NCBI GenBank assembly: GCA_964438505.1
Contig: CAYTKN010000017.1
Coordinates: 331 to 64,330, forward strand
Length of the DNA: 64,000 nucleotides
Direction of reading: 5' to 3'
Origin: an uncultured Burkholderiales bacterium
GTDB lineage: Bacteria; Actinomycetota; Acidimicrobiia; IMCC26256; JACPCJ01
Part shown: positions 20,747 to 30,598 of the stretch, piece by piece
Numbering within the stretch: position 1 is the stretch's first letter
Layout of the letters: each line of letters opens with the position of its first letter
Translations under genes and position numbers: made by a program
Notes under the pieces: model-generated
The model's input: only the letters and a program-made list of their open reading frames with translations
Told to the model about the DNA's origin: nothing
Database searches by the model: none

Positions 20747-23059
20747 TCAGGGGCGCCGGAGCGGCGCCCACGCGAGGAGCAGACGGCGCTCGTCGCCGCC
20801 CACGAACCTCACCAGCGCCTCCGCCTTGTCGCCACGACCTTCGATGTCGACGACGACCCCCTCCCCGAAGCGGTCGTGCACGACGTCGTCGCCGAGCTTG
20901 AACGAGGGCCGCACGCCCGAGGGGGCGGGCGACCCCGACCCGCCGGAGCGACCGCGGATCCCCCGGCCGGGACCGCCTTCCTCGTCGCCGAACGCCCGCA
21001 CCAGCTCTTCGGGGAGCTCGTCGAGGAACCGGCTCGGCAGGTTGTACTGGGTCGCCCCGAACAGGGTGCGGCTCCATGCCCGGCACAGGTAGAGGCGGTC
21101 CTCGGCCCGCGTGATCCCCACGTAGCAGAGGCGGCGCTCCTCCTCGAGCTCGTCGGGATCGGACAGGCTCCGGTTGTGGGGGAAGATCCCCTCCTCCAGG
21201 CCGGTGACGAACACCACCGGGAACTCGAGCCCCTTCGCGGTGTGGAGGGTCATGAGGGTGAGGGCGCTCTCGTCGGGGTCGTACTCGTCGAGGTCGGTCA
21301 CGAGCGAGATCTGCTCGATGAAGGCCTGGAGGCGATCGAGGCCCACCAACACCTCGTCCCCCTCCGTGGTCGTCTCGCCCCCGGCACTCGGATCGGCGGC
21401 CAGCGCGGGAGCGAGCAGCTCCACCTCGCCGCGCTCGGCGATCTCGTCGAACTCGGCGGCCACGCCCACGAGCTCCTCGAGGTTCTCGATGCGCCCCTGC
21501 GCCTCGATCGAGCGCTCGGCCTCGAGCTCGGCCCGGTACCCGGTGCGGGCCAGGACCGCCTCGACCGCCGCGGCGACGCCGCCGTCGGCGGCGGTACGGA
21601 GGTCCGCGAGGACGTCGAGGAGCTCGCCGATCCCGCCGACGGCGCGCCCGCTCACACCGGCCTCGTGCGCCCGCTCGAGGGCGTCTCCGAGGGTGACGCC
21701 GGCACCGTCCGCGTAGGCCTCGAGGCGCGCCACCGAGGTGTCGCCCACCCCGCGCTTGGGGGTGTTGACGACGCGCTTGAGGCTGACGGAGTCGCCGGGG
21801 TTCACGAGCACCCGCAGGTAGGCCATCACGTCCTTGACCTCGCGCCGGTCGTAGAAGCGCATGCCGCCGACCACCCGGTACGGGATGCCCTGGCGGACCA
21901 GGGTCTCCTCGAGGACGCGGCTCTGCGCGTTGGTGCGGTAGAAGACGGCCACGTCGCCGAACGCGTAGCCCTCCTCGTCGGTGAGCCGGAGCACCTCGGA
22001 GGCCACGAACGCCGCCTCCTCGTGCTCGTCGTCGGTGACGACGGTCGCGATGAGCTCGCCGCCGGCGCGCTGCGTCCACAGGTGCTTCGGACGGCGGCGC
22101 TGGTTGTTGGCGATCACCGCGTTGGCGGCGTCGAGGATCACCTGGGTCGAGCGGTAGTTCTGCTCGAGCACCACGACCTGCGCCTCGGGGAAGCTCTCCT
22201 CGAAGCGCAGCAGGTTCAGGTGGTCGGCGCCGCGGAAGCGGTACACGCCCTGGTCGTTGTCACCGACGACCATGACGTTGCGGTGCTCCTCGCCCAGCAG
22301 CCGCACCAGCTCCCACTGGGCGAGGTTGGTGTCCTGGAACTCGTCCACGAGGACGTGGTGGAACCGGCTGCGCCACCGGTCCAACACGTCGGGCCGCGTG
22401 CGGAGGAGCCGCACCGTCACGCCGAGGAGGTCGTCGAAGTCGAGCGCCGACGCGTGCACGAGCCGCCGTTGGTACTCGTCGTAGACCTCGGCGACCATCT
22501 GCTCGATCGACGAGGTGACCTGCCCGGCGTACCCCTCGGGATCGACGAGGTCGTTCTTCGCCGCCGAGATCGCGGCGTGGACCTGTCGGGGGGTGACGCG
22601 CTTGGTGTCGTAGCCGAGGTCGCGGAGCACGTAGCCGGTGAGGCGCTGCGCGTCGGACTGGTCGTAGATGGAGAAGTTGGACGAGTACCCGACCTCGGGA
22701 GCCTCGCGGCGCAGGATGCGGGAGCAGGCCGAGTGGAACGTCGAGACCCACATGCGGCGGCCGACGGGACCGACCAGGGTGGAGACCCGGTCCTTCATCT
22801 CGTCGGCCGCCTTGTTCGTGAAGGTGATGGCGAGCACCGAGAAGGGCGACACGCCCAGGGAGTCGACGAGCCACGCCACCCGGTGGGTGAGCACCCGGGT
22901 CTTCCCCGAGCCGGCGCCGGCGACGACGAGCGCCGGACCCTCGCCCAGGCGCACCGCGTCGCGCTGGACCGGGTTCAGGTCCGCGAGGAGACGCTCCTCG
23001 CGGCGGCGGGGATCGAGGTCGTCGGAGAACAGCGCCGGGGCGGCGGCGGGCTCGGTCAT
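20747..23059 (-). CDS. pcrA: ATP-dependent DNA helicase PcrA/UvrD
   Basis: AGAGSGKTRVL, VDEFQDTN, VGDNDQ, NYRST, TLHTAKGLEF, EERRLCYVGITRA, C-terminal Tudor-like HDRFGEG. Confidence 0.97.
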   Translation of the reverse strand: MTEPAAAPALFSDDLDPRRREERLLADLNPVQRDAVRLGEGPALVVAGAGSGKTRVLTHRVAWLVDSLGVSPFSVLAITFTNKAADEMKDRVSTLVGPVGRRMWVSTFHSACSRILRREAPEVGYSSNFSIYDQSDAQRLTGYVLRDLGYDTKRVTPRQVHAAISAAKNDLVDPEGYAGQVTSSIEQMVAEVYDEYQRRLVHASALDFDDLLGVTVRLLRTRPDVLDRWRSRFHHVLVDEFQDTNLAQWELVRLLGEEHRNVMVVGDNDQGVYRFRGADHLNLLRFEESFPEAQVVVLEQNYRSTQVILDAANAVIANNQRRRPKHLWTQRAGGELIATVVTDDEHEEAAFVASEVLRLTDEEGYAFGDVAVFYRTNAQSRVLEETLVRQGIPYRVVGGMRFYDRREVKDVMAYLRVLVNPGDSVSLKRVVNTPKRGVGDTSVARLEAYADGAGVTLGDALERAHEAGVSGRAVGGIGELLDVLADLRTAADGGVAAAVEAVLARTGYRAELEAERSIEAQGRIENLEELVGVAAEFDEIAERGEVELLAPALAADPSAGGETTTEGDEVLVGLDRLQAFIEQISLVTDLDEYDPDESALTLMTLHTAKGLEFPVVFVTGLEEGIFPHNRSLSDPDELEEERRLCYVGITRAEDRLYLCRAWSRTLFGATQYNLPSRFLDELPEELVRAFGDEEGGPGRGIRGRSGGSGSPAPSGVRPSFKLGDDVVHDRFGEGVVVDIEGRGDKAEALVRFVGGDERRLLLAWAPLRRP

Positions 23060-23148
23060 GCGATGCTCATCGTACCGGCGCGCACCGACCCGTACGGATG
23101 TTCGCTCCGGCCGATCGCCCGTCCCGCCGCCGCTCGGTCGCCCCGCGC

Positions 23149-23433
23149 TCAGTCGGACTGACCGTCGACCGGCTGGACGCGGAGCTCCTCGGTCCGGTCA
23201 CGGCCGCAGTGGGGGCACGGGTCCGTGTGCGCCCAGAACCGGAGCAACCGGGTCCGGTCCTCGTTGAGGGCGAGGACGTGCGCGCCGTCCTCGTGGATCT
23301 CGAAGTCGGTGAACGACTCCCAGCGGTCGCGCATGACCGTGGGCTCGACCCGGCTGCCGCGGGGCAGTCGGCAGAACTGCTGCGCGTCGGTGTCGACGAC
23401 CCAGATGCTGTGGCAGGAGTCGATTCGTTCCAT
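23149..23433 (-). CDS. Small hypothetical protein with C-terminal CPHC
   Basis: 94-aa ORF with GC3-rich codons, GAGGG RBS, TAGCCT -10 box upstream. Confidence 0.75.
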   Translation of the reverse strand: MERIDSCHSIWVVDTDAQQFCRLPRGSRVEPTVMRDRWESFTDFEIHEDGAHVLALNEDRTRLLRFWAHTDPCPHCGRDRTEELRVQPVDGQSD

Positions 23434-23511
23434 GCACCCTCACGAGTGACCCGAAGGACCGAATCGTTCAGGCTACCAGCACGGGGGTGAGGTGACGATC
23501 GGACGGTGGCC

Positions 23512-23970
23512 TCACGGGGCTCCGCCTCCGCCTTCGACCTCGACGAGCAGGGTGACGGGCCCCTCGTTGACGAGCTCCACCTCCATGCGGGCACCGAACG
23601 CTCCGGTGGCGACCTGCGCGCCGCGGGCGCGCAGCGCCTCGGCGACGGCCTCGACGAGGGGCTCGGCGTGGTCGGGCGGCGCGGCGCGGATCCAGGACGG
23701 GCGGCGGCCCTTGCGGGTGTCGCCGTAGAGGGTGAACTGGCTCACCACGAGGACGGCCCCGGTGGTCTCCGCGACGCCCAGGTCCATCCTCCCGGCGTCG
23801 TCGTCCATGATCCGGAGTCGCCAGACCTTCTCGGCCAGCTTCTCGGCCGTGGAGGGGTCGTCGTCGTGGGTCACCCCGACGAGCACCAGGAGGCCGGCCC
23901 CGATCTCGCCGATGACGCGGCGCTCCGCGCGCACCCTCGCCTCCGACACCCGCTGGACCAACGCCCGCAC
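23512..23970 (-). CDS. dtd: D-aminoacyl-tRNA deacylase
   Basis: [28 protein letters not shown]. Confidence 0.97.
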   Translation of the reverse strand: MRALVQRVSEARVRAERRVIGEIGAGLLVLVGVTHDDDPSTAEKLAEKVWRLRIMDDDAGRMDLGVAETTGAVLVVSQFTLYGDTRKGRRPSWIRAAPPDHAEPLVEAVAEALRARGAQVATGAFGARMEVELVNEGPVTLLVEVEGGGGAP

Positions 23971-24114
23971 CGACTCAGTGTCCCCTCACGACTCAGTGTC
24001 CCCTCACGACCCAGTGTCCCTTCACGACTCAGTGTCCCTTCACGACCCAGTGTCCCTTCACGACCCAGTGTCCCTTCACGACCCAGTGTCCCTTCACGAC
24101 ACCGGCATCCCTCA
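23971..24114. repeat. 18-bp tandem array, 7 near-identical copies plus 1 degenerate (CGACYCAGTGTCCCYTCA)
   Basis: Units start at 23971, 23989, 24007, 24025, 24043, 24061, 24079 and 24097; no spacers. Confidence 0.97.
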
Positions 24115-24207
24115 CGGCACCGGCTCCGTCACGGCGCCGGGTCGGCCGGTCGCGCCTCCTCCTGGTCCCCGTCGCTGCCCTCGGGGACCTCGCCGGACCG
24201 TCGGTGG

Positions 24208-25773
24208 TCACTCCCACTCGATCGTGCCGGGCGGCTTGGAGGTGATGTCGTAGGCGACGCGGTTGACCCCCGGCACCTCGTTGATGAGCCGAGTCGCCAT
24301 GCGCTGGAGGAGGTCGTCGGGGAGGCGGGCCCAGTCCGCGGTCATGGCGTCGTCGGAGGTGACGGCTCGGATGACGACCGGGTAGGCGTAGGTGCGCTCG
24401 TCGCCCATCACGCCGACGGCTCGCACCGCGGGCAGCACGGCGAACGCCTGCCAGATCTCGCGCTCCAAGCCGGCGGCCCTCAGCTCCTCGCGCACCACCG
24501 CGTCGGCCTCCCGTAGGATCTCGAGCCGCTCGGGAGTCACCTCGCCGATGATCCGCACGGCGAGGCCCGGACCGGGGAACGGCTGGCGCCACACGATGTC
24601 CTCGGGGAGCCCGAGCTCCTCGCCCACCGCCCGGACCTCGTCCTTGAAGAGGTTCCGCAAGGGCTCGATCAGCTCGAAGTCCATGTCCGCGGGCAACCCA
24701 CCCACGTTGTGGTGCGACTTGATCGTGGCCGCCCCGGCCTCGCCGCTGCCGCCCGACTCGATCACGTCGGGGTAGAGGGTCCCCTGCACCAGGTAGCGGG
24801 CTCCCGCGAGCTCGTCGCGGGCCACCTGCTCGAACACCCGGATGAAGGTCTCGCCGATGAGCTTGCGCTTCTCCTCGGGGTCGGTCACGCCCTCGAGGCG
24901 GCCGACGAAGCGCTCCGCGCCCTCGACGTGGACGAGGTCGACCCGGAACTGGCGCCGGAAGGTCTCCTCCACCTGCTCGGCCTCGTCCTTGCGCAGCAGG
25001 CCCGTGTCGACGAAGACGCAGGTGAGCTGGTCGCCGATCGCCTTGTGCACGAGCGCGGCGGCGACGGAGGAGTCGACCCCACCGGAGAGCGCGCAGGCCA
25101 CCCCGTTGGAGCCGACCTGCTCGCGGATGGCGTCGACCTGCTCCTCGATGACGGAGGCCATCGTCCAGGTGGGACGGCAGCCGCACACGTCGAAGAGGAA
25201 CCGCTCGAGGATCTCCTTGCCTCGCGGGGTGTGCACGACCTCGGGATGGAACTGCACGCCGTGGATGGCCCGGTGCGCGTCCTCGAGCGCGGCGACCGGA
25301 GCACCCGGAGTGGACGCGAGGACCTCGAAGCCCCCGGGAGCGGCCACGATCGAGTCCGCGTGGCTCATCCAGACCTGCTGCCGGGTCGGCTGGTCGGCGA
25401 ACAGGTCCGACCTCCCCGTCACCTCGAGCTCGGTCCGCCCGTACTCCCCACCACCGGTGCGCCGGACCTCTCCACCGAGCTGCTGCACGAGGAGTTGGCT
25501 GCCGTAGCAGATCCCCAGGATCGGGATCCCGCTGTCGTAGACGGCCGGATCGATCGTCGGCGCGCCCTCGACGTGCACCGACTTCGGTCCGCCGCTGAAG
25601 ATGATCCCCGCCGGGCGGCGGGCGACGAGCTCCTCGGCCGACAGGTCGTGGGGGACGATCTCGGAGTAGACGTGCGCCTCGCGGACCCGGCGCGCGATGA
25701 GGCGCGAGTACTGGGCCCCGAAGTCGACGACGAGGACGGTGTCGTGGTGCGGTCCGGAGGCCGGGGAGGTCAC
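24208..25773 (-). CDS. guaA: GMP synthase (glutamine-hydrolysing)
   Basis: [47 protein letters not shown]. Confidence 0.97.
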   Translation of the reverse strand: MTSPASGPHHDTVLVVDFGAQYSRLIARRVREAHVYSEIVPHDLSAEELVARRPAGIIFSGGPKSVHVEGAPTIDPAVYDSGIPILGICYGSQLLVQQLGGEVRRTGGGEYGRTELEVTGRSDLFADQPTRQQVWMSHADSIVAAPGGFEVLASTPGAPVAALEDAHRAIHGVQFHPEVVHTPRGKEILERFLFDVCGCRPTWTMASVIEEQVDAIREQVGSNGVACALSGGVDSSVAAALVHKAIGDQLTCVFVDTGLLRKDEAEQVEETFRRQFRVDLVHVEGAERFVGRLEGVTDPEEKRKLIGETFIRVFEQVARDELAGARYLVQGTLYPDVIESGGSGEAGAATIKSHHNVGGLPADMDFELIEPLRNLFKDEVRAVGEELGLPEDIVWRQPFPGPGLAVRIIGEVTPERLEILREADAVVREELRAAGLEREIWQAFAVLPAVRAVGVMGDERTYAYPVVIRAVTSDDAMTADWARLPDDLLQRMATRLINEVPGVNRVAYDITSKPPGTIEWE

Positions 25774-26930
25774 GCGCCCATGCCGACGCCCTGGCTGTGC
25801 TGGAGGGCCTTCCCTTCGGTCTGGAGCGCCGGCGCCACCATGACCTCGGCCTTCTGGAACTCCTTGACGCTCTCGTAGCCGGTGGTGGCCATCGAGGTCC
25901 GCAGGGCACCGAAGAGGTTGAAGGTGCCGTCGTTCTCGTGGGCGGGCCCGAGCAGGATCTCCTCGAGCGAGCCCCGCTGGCCGGCGCTCACGCGGGTGCC
26001 GCGGGGCAGCTCGGGATGGAACGTCGACATCCCCCAGTTGTACCCCCGCCCCGGCGCGTCGTGGGCGCCGGCGAGCGTGGTGCCGAGCATCACCGAGTCG
26101 GCACCGCAGGCGATCGCCTTGGCGACGTCGCCGCCGGTGCGCATCCCGCCGTCCGCGATCACGTGGACGTAGACGCCCGTCTCGTCCAGGTGCCGGATCC
26201 GCGCCCCGGCGGCGTCCGCGATGGCGGTCGCCTGGGGCACCCCGACGCCGAGCACGCCACGGGTGGTGCACTGGTGACCCGGCCCCACGCCGACGAGCAC
26301 GCCGACCGCGCCGGTGCGCATGAGGTGGAGCGCGGTCGAGTAGGAGGCGCACCCGCCGACGATGACGGGGATGTCGAGCTTCCGGATGAACCTCTTCAGG
26401 TTCAGGGGCTCGGCGTTCTTGGCGACGTGCTCGGCCGAGACCACCGTCCCCTGGATCACCAGCACGTCGAGGCCGGCCTCGAGGGCGACCGGGTGGTAGC
26501 GCTCGACCTTCTGGGGGGTGAGGGAGGCGCAGACCGTCACCCCCGCGTCCTTGACCTCCTGGACGCGGCGGCCGATCAGCTCCTCCTTGACCGGCTCCGA
26601 GTAGACCTCCTGGATGGTGCGCGTCGCCTTCTCACCCTCGGCTTCGGCGATCCGCTCGTACGCCGGCTCCGGGTCCTCGTAGCGGGTCCAGAGACCCTCG
26701 AGGTTCAGGACCGCCTGCCCACCGAACCGACCGATCCGGATCGCGGTGGTGGGCGAGACCACACCGTCCATCGCGGCGGCCATCATCGGCAGGTCGTAGC
26801 GGTAGGCGTCGAGCTCCCACCCGATGTCGACGTCCTCGGGGTTGCGCGTCCGTCGGCTGGGCACGATGGCGACGTCGTCGAGCCCGTAGGCACGACGACC
26901 GGACTTCCCGATTCCGATCTCGACTTCCAC
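25770..26930 (-). CDS. GuaB3-family IMP dehydrogenase-related protein
   Basis: [52 protein letters not shown]; no CBS domains; GAGGAG before GTG 26930. Confidence 0.9.
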   Translation of the reverse strand: MEVEIGIGKSGRRAYGLDDVAIVPSRRTRNPEDVDIGWELDAYRYDLPMMAAAMDGVVSPTTAIRIGRFGGQAVLNLEGLWTRYEDPEPAYERIAEAEGEKATRTIQEVYSEPVKEELIGRRVQEVKDAGVTVCASLTPQKVERYHPVALEAGLDVLVIQGTVVSAEHVAKNAEPLNLKRFIRKLDIPVIVGGCASYSTALHLMRTGAVGVLVGVGPGHQCTTRGVLGVGVPQATAIADAAGARIRHLDETGVYVHVIADGGMRTGGDVAKAIACGADSVMLGTTLAGAHDAPGRGYNWGMSTFHPELPRGTRVSAGQRGSLEEILLGPAHENDGTFNLFGALRTSMATTGYESVKEFQKAEVMVAPALQTEGKALQHSQGVGMGA

Positions 26931-27068
26931 CTGCTCAGCGCTCCTCACCGTCGCACCTGATCCGGACCCTGCACCGATCAGCGTTCACCGCTCAGGATAC
27001 AACCGAGCTCGACGCCTCCCCGACACCCCGTCGGCCCGAAGCGGAGCGTTCCTCACCCCTGCTCATCC

Positions 27069-27755
27069 TCACCCCTGCCCACCAGCGGCGGTGACCATCC
27101 GGACCAGGAAGGCGTAGAGGATCGCGGCGGTGGCCCCCCACACGGTCTCCTCCTCGAGCTCGAAGAAGTGGATCGGCCGGTCCGCGGGGCCGATCCCCCA
27201 GCGCTCCTCCCGGTGGACGCCCTCCGCGAGCAGCTCGGAGACGGGCACCTCGATGACCTCGTCGACCTCGCTCGGATCGGGCGTGTACTCGGGCGGACCG
27301 TCGAGCAACCCGACGAAGGGGACGATCCCGAACCGGGACGCGAACGTGCCGTGGGCCCCGAGCTCGCCGACGATCTCGACCGCGTCGCGACCGACGCCGA
27401 TCTCCTCCTCCAGCTCGCGCAGCGCCGTGTCCCGGAGGGAGCGGTCGACGTCCTCGGCCTTCCCTCCGGGGAACGCGATCTCCCCCTTGTGGGTCGGCAT
27501 GTGCTCCGGACGCTTGGTGAGCACCAACACCGCCTCGCCGCCTCGCTCGAAGAAGGGGAGCACGACGGCCGCGGTCCGGACCCCGCGGACGCGGATCAGG
27601 TGCCGGCGGGGCTCGGGGAGCCGCTCGCACGCGACGCGGACGTCGTCGAGGCCGAAGGCGCGCGCGTCGGGTGGAAGTTCCGACCAGGGGGCGGGACGTC
27701 CGGTGCGGGCGAGCGGAGGCCGGGGGATCCGCTGCTCACCGCCGCGGCGGGTCAT
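27069..27755 (-). CDS. Nudix hydrolase, CoA pyrophosphatase family
   Basis: LTKRPEHMPTHKGEIAFPGG, ALRELEEEIG, VWGATA. Confidence 0.92.
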   Translation of the reverse strand: MTRRGGEQRIPRPPLARTGRPAPWSELPPDARAFGLDDVRVACERLPEPRRHLIRVRGVRTAAVVLPFFERGGEAVLVLTKRPEHMPTHKGEIAFPGGKAEDVDRSLRDTALRELEEEIGVGRDAVEIVGELGAHGTFASRFGIVPFVGLLDGPPEYTPDPSEVDEVIEVPVSELLAEGVHREERWGIGPADRPIHFFELEEETVWGATAAILYAFLVRMVTAAGGQG

Positions 27756-27916
27756 GAGGAGGGCGCCTTCCCCGGATCGCCCGGGCCCGGTACCGACATG
27801 ACCCCGAGCATAGAGCCGGCACCGGGAGCCTCCCTCGTCGCAGCCGGCGGAGCGATCCGAACCGAGCGCGGTCGGTACGCTCCGGAGTCGTCGGGGCACG
27901 AGGACGAGGAGCGGAC

Positions 27917-29548
27917 GTGGACGAGAACTTCGCGACGTACTGGGAAGCGGTCGCCGACGCGGTGCCCGAGCACACCGCCCTGGCGCAGGGGCAGCGGCGC
28001 CACTCCTGGGCGGCCTTCGAGGACCGGGCCGCCCGGCTGGCGGCCGCGCTGGGCGAGCTGGGTCTCGGCCCCGACTCCAAGGTGGCCTGCTACCTCCACA
28101 ACTGCAACGAGTACGTGGAGACCACGTTCGCGACCTGGAAGATGCGCGGCGTGCCGGTCAACGTCAACTACCGCTACCTGGAGGACGAGCTGGCGTACCT
28201 GCTCGACAACTCCGACGCCGAGGCGATCGTCTTCCACGGCTCGCTCGGCGAGCGGGTGGCGAACGTGCGCCCCGAGGCCCCGCGCCTGCGAGCCGCGATC
28301 CAGGTCGACGACGGCTCGCCGCTGGTGGAGGGCGCGCTGCGGTACGAGGAGCTGATCGCGGGCACCGAGCCGATGCCTCGCGTCGAGCGCTCCGGGGACG
28401 ACCTCTACTTCCTCTACACGGGCGGCACGACCGGGACGCCGAAGGCGGTGATGTGGCGCCAGGAGGACCTCTTCGCCTCGACGGTGCCCGCGGCCTACGC
28501 GCTCCGGGGCAAGGAACCGCCGCAGGACGCGAAGGACGCCGGACGGATCGCGGCCGAGATCGTCGAGGCGCGCGACGCGGCGGTCCACGTGCCGGCGTCC
28601 CCGCTGATGCACGGGACCGGCTTCGTCACGACCTGCCAGTCGCTCACCACCGGCGGGACCGTCGTGACCCTCGAGAGCCGGCGGTTCGACCCGGCCGAGC
28701 TCTGGGAGACCGTCGAGCGCGAGCGCGTGCGGCAGATGGCGATCGTGGGCGACGCGTTCGCGAAGCCGATGCTGAGAGCCCTCGAGGAGGCCGAGGCGCG
28801 CGGCCGCCCCTACGACTGCTCCTCGCTCCAGCTCCTGGTCTCGTCCGGCGTGATGTGGACCTCGGAGGTCAAGGAGGCCCTCGTGGAGCGGACGGGAGCG
28901 ATCTGCTACGACGCCCTGAGCGCCAGCGAGGGGATCGGCTTCGCGACCAGCGTCACCGGCCCGGGCAGCGAGAGCAGGACCGCGAGCTTCAAGGTCGGCG
29001 AGCACACCAAGGTCCTCACCGAGGACGGCCGGGAGGTCGAGCCGGGATCGGGGGAGACCGGGATGCTGGCCATCGGGGGGCCGATCCCGATCGGGTACTA
29101 CAAGGACGAGGCCAAGACCGCGGAGACCTTCCGGGAGCTCGGCGGCACGCGCTACTCGATCCCGGGGGACTACGCCACCGTCGAGGCCGACGGCACGGTG
29201 ACGTTGCTGGGCCGGGGCTCGGTGTGCATCAACACCGGCGGCGAGAAGGTGTACCCGGAGGAGGTCGAAGAGGTCGTCAAGGCACATCCCTCCGTGGTGG
29301 ACTGCGTCGTGGTGGGCCTGCCCGACGAGCGGTGGGGAGAGGCGGTCACGGCCGTGGTCTCGCTGCGGGAGGGCGCCGGCGAGCTCCACCGCGACGACCT
29401 GCTCGAGGTGTCGCGGGGTCGCCTGGCCGGCTACAAGCGCCCCAAGCACGTGGTCCCCGTCGACGAGATCCGCCGTGGCCCGTCGGGGAAGCTCGACTAC
29501 GGGTGGGCGCGCTCGGTCGCCGAGCAACGCGTCGCGGATCGCTCGTGA
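27917..29548 (+). CDS. Acyl-CoA synthetase (FadD19-like ANL enzyme)
   Basis: YTGGTTGTPKAVMWRQED, PLMHGTG, YSIPGD, GRGSVCINTGGEKVYPEEVE. Confidence 0.93.
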   Translation: MDENFATYWEAVADAVPEHTALAQGQRRHSWAAFEDRAARLAAALGELGLGPDSKVACYLHNCNEYVETTFATWKMRGVPVNVNYRYLEDELAYLLDNSDAEAIVFHGSLGERVANVRPEAPRLRAAIQVDDGSPLVEGALRYEELIAGTEPMPRVERSGDDLYFLYTGGTTGTPKAVMWRQEDLFASTVPAAYALRGKEPPQDAKDAGRIAAEIVEARDAAVHVPASPLMHGTGFVTTCQSLTTGGTVVTLESRRFDPAELWETVERERVRQMAIVGDAFAKPMLRALEEAEARGRPYDCSSLQLLVSSGVMWTSEVKEALVERTGAICYDALSASEGIGFATSVTGPGSESRTASFKVGEHTKVLTEDGREVEPGSGETGMLAIGGPIPIGYYKDEAKTAETFRELGGTRYSIPGDYATVEADGTVTLLGRGSVCINTGGEKVYPEEVEEVVKAHPSVVDCVVVGLPDERWGEAVTAVVSLREGAGELHRDDLLEVSRGRLAGYKRPKHVVPVDEIRRGPSGKLDYGWARSVAEQRVADRS

Positions 29549-30084
29549 CCGGCGCCGGCGCCGGTCCGGGCGGCACGCCCTCGACCGCCGGCGCCCCCTC
29601 CACCGTGCTGTGGAGAGGCCTGACGCGACGGTGCCCGGTGTGCGGGGGCGGCGGGCTGTTCCGCCGCTGGTTCTCCATGGCTCCGCGCTGCCCGCGCTGC
29701 GGATTCCGCTTCGAGCGCGAGCAGGGCCACTGGGTCGGCTCGCTGGGCGTGAACACGATCGTGTCGTTCGGGGCGCTGCTCGCCACGATCGTCGGGGGCG
29801 TGATCGCCACCGCGCCCGACATCCCGGTCGTGCCGCTCACGGTGGCGAGCTGCGCGGTGGCGGTGGCGGTCCCGCTCCTCGCCTTCCCGTTCACCCGGAC
29901 GATCTGGAGCGCGATCGACCTGCTGATGAACCCTCCGGCCGCCGGCGAGCTCGCGCGCCCTGCACCGGACACAGGGGCACCGGACACAGGGGTACCGAAC
30001 GCGGACGGCTCGGACGAGGGCAGGGCCGACGGTCGCGGCGCGGTGAGGCCGGACCAGCACGGCGCGGGCGGGCCGGACGCGTGA
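29545..30084 (+). CDS. DUF983-like membrane protein with zinc-ribbon N-terminus
   Basis: RGLTRRCPVCGGGGLF..RCPRCG..FEREQGHWVG, two TM helices, RTIWSAIDL; GTGA overlap with the upstream stop. Confidence 0.8.
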   Translation: MTGAGAGPGGTPSTAGAPSTVLWRGLTRRCPVCGGGGLFRRWFSMAPRCPRCGFRFEREQGHWVGSLGVNTIVSFGALLATIVGGVIATAPDIPVVPLTVASCAVAVAVPLLAFPFTRTIWSAIDLLMNPPAAGELARPAPDTGAPDTGVPNADGSDEGRADGRGAVRPDQHGAGGPDA

Positions 30085-30109
30085 GGGGCGCCCGACGGGC
30101 GCCCCTCAC
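30081..30109. terminator. Perfect 13-bp hairpin between convergent genes, probable bidirectional terminator
   Basis: GTGAGGGGCGCCC-GAC-GGGCGCCCCTCAC. Confidence 0.75.
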
Positions 30110-30132
30110 GATGACCGGTCCCGGCGAGGCCG

Positions 30133-30453
30133 CTACTTCTTCTTCTTGCCTCCGCCCTTGCCGGAGACGATCTTGGCGAGGACGTCGCGCGACGAGAGGA
30201 TCAGCAGCTCGTCACCGTCCGCCGTGATCTCCGTACCCCCGTACTTCGAGTACACGACGGTGTCGCCGACCTCGATGTCGAGGGGGATCAGCTCGCCGGA
30301 GTCGTCGGCACGGCGACCCGGGCCGACGGCGAGCACCTCGCCCTCCTGCGGCTTCTCCTTGGCGGTATCGGGGATCACGAGGCCACTGGCGGTCGTCTCC
30401 TCCGCCTCGCTCGGCCGGACCACGATCCGGTCGTCAAGCGGCTGAAGGTTCAT
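30133..30453 (-). CDS. groES: Co-chaperonin GroES
   Basis: [44 protein letters not shown]. Confidence 0.98.
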   Translation of the reverse strand: MNLQPLDDRIVVRPSEAEETTASGLVIPDTAKEKPQEGEVLAVGPGRRADDSGELIPLDIEVGDTVVYSKYGGTEITADGDELLILSSRDVLAKIVSGKGGGKKKK

Positions 30454-30504
30454 CGGTGTACCCCTCCTGGTGGGCCTGGAAACTTCCTCTTGACGCCCAC
30501 ACTT

Positions 30505-30531
30505 TTAGCACTCACCACCGGAGAGTGCTAA
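30505..30531. promoter_or_regulatory. CIRCE element (HrcA operator)
   Basis: Exact TTAGCACTC-N9-GAGTGCTAA about 50 nt upstream of groES. Confidence 0.97.
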
Positions 30532-30598
30532 TGGTGCGCCCCGAGATCGCCGCACCCGGGGTCCCGGGGGGATCCCGCGGCGGCGCGGAGCACCGAGC

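Noticed and set aside
23971-24114. CRISPR array
   Set aside because: Units are contiguous 18-mers with no unique spacers, and no cas genes are present
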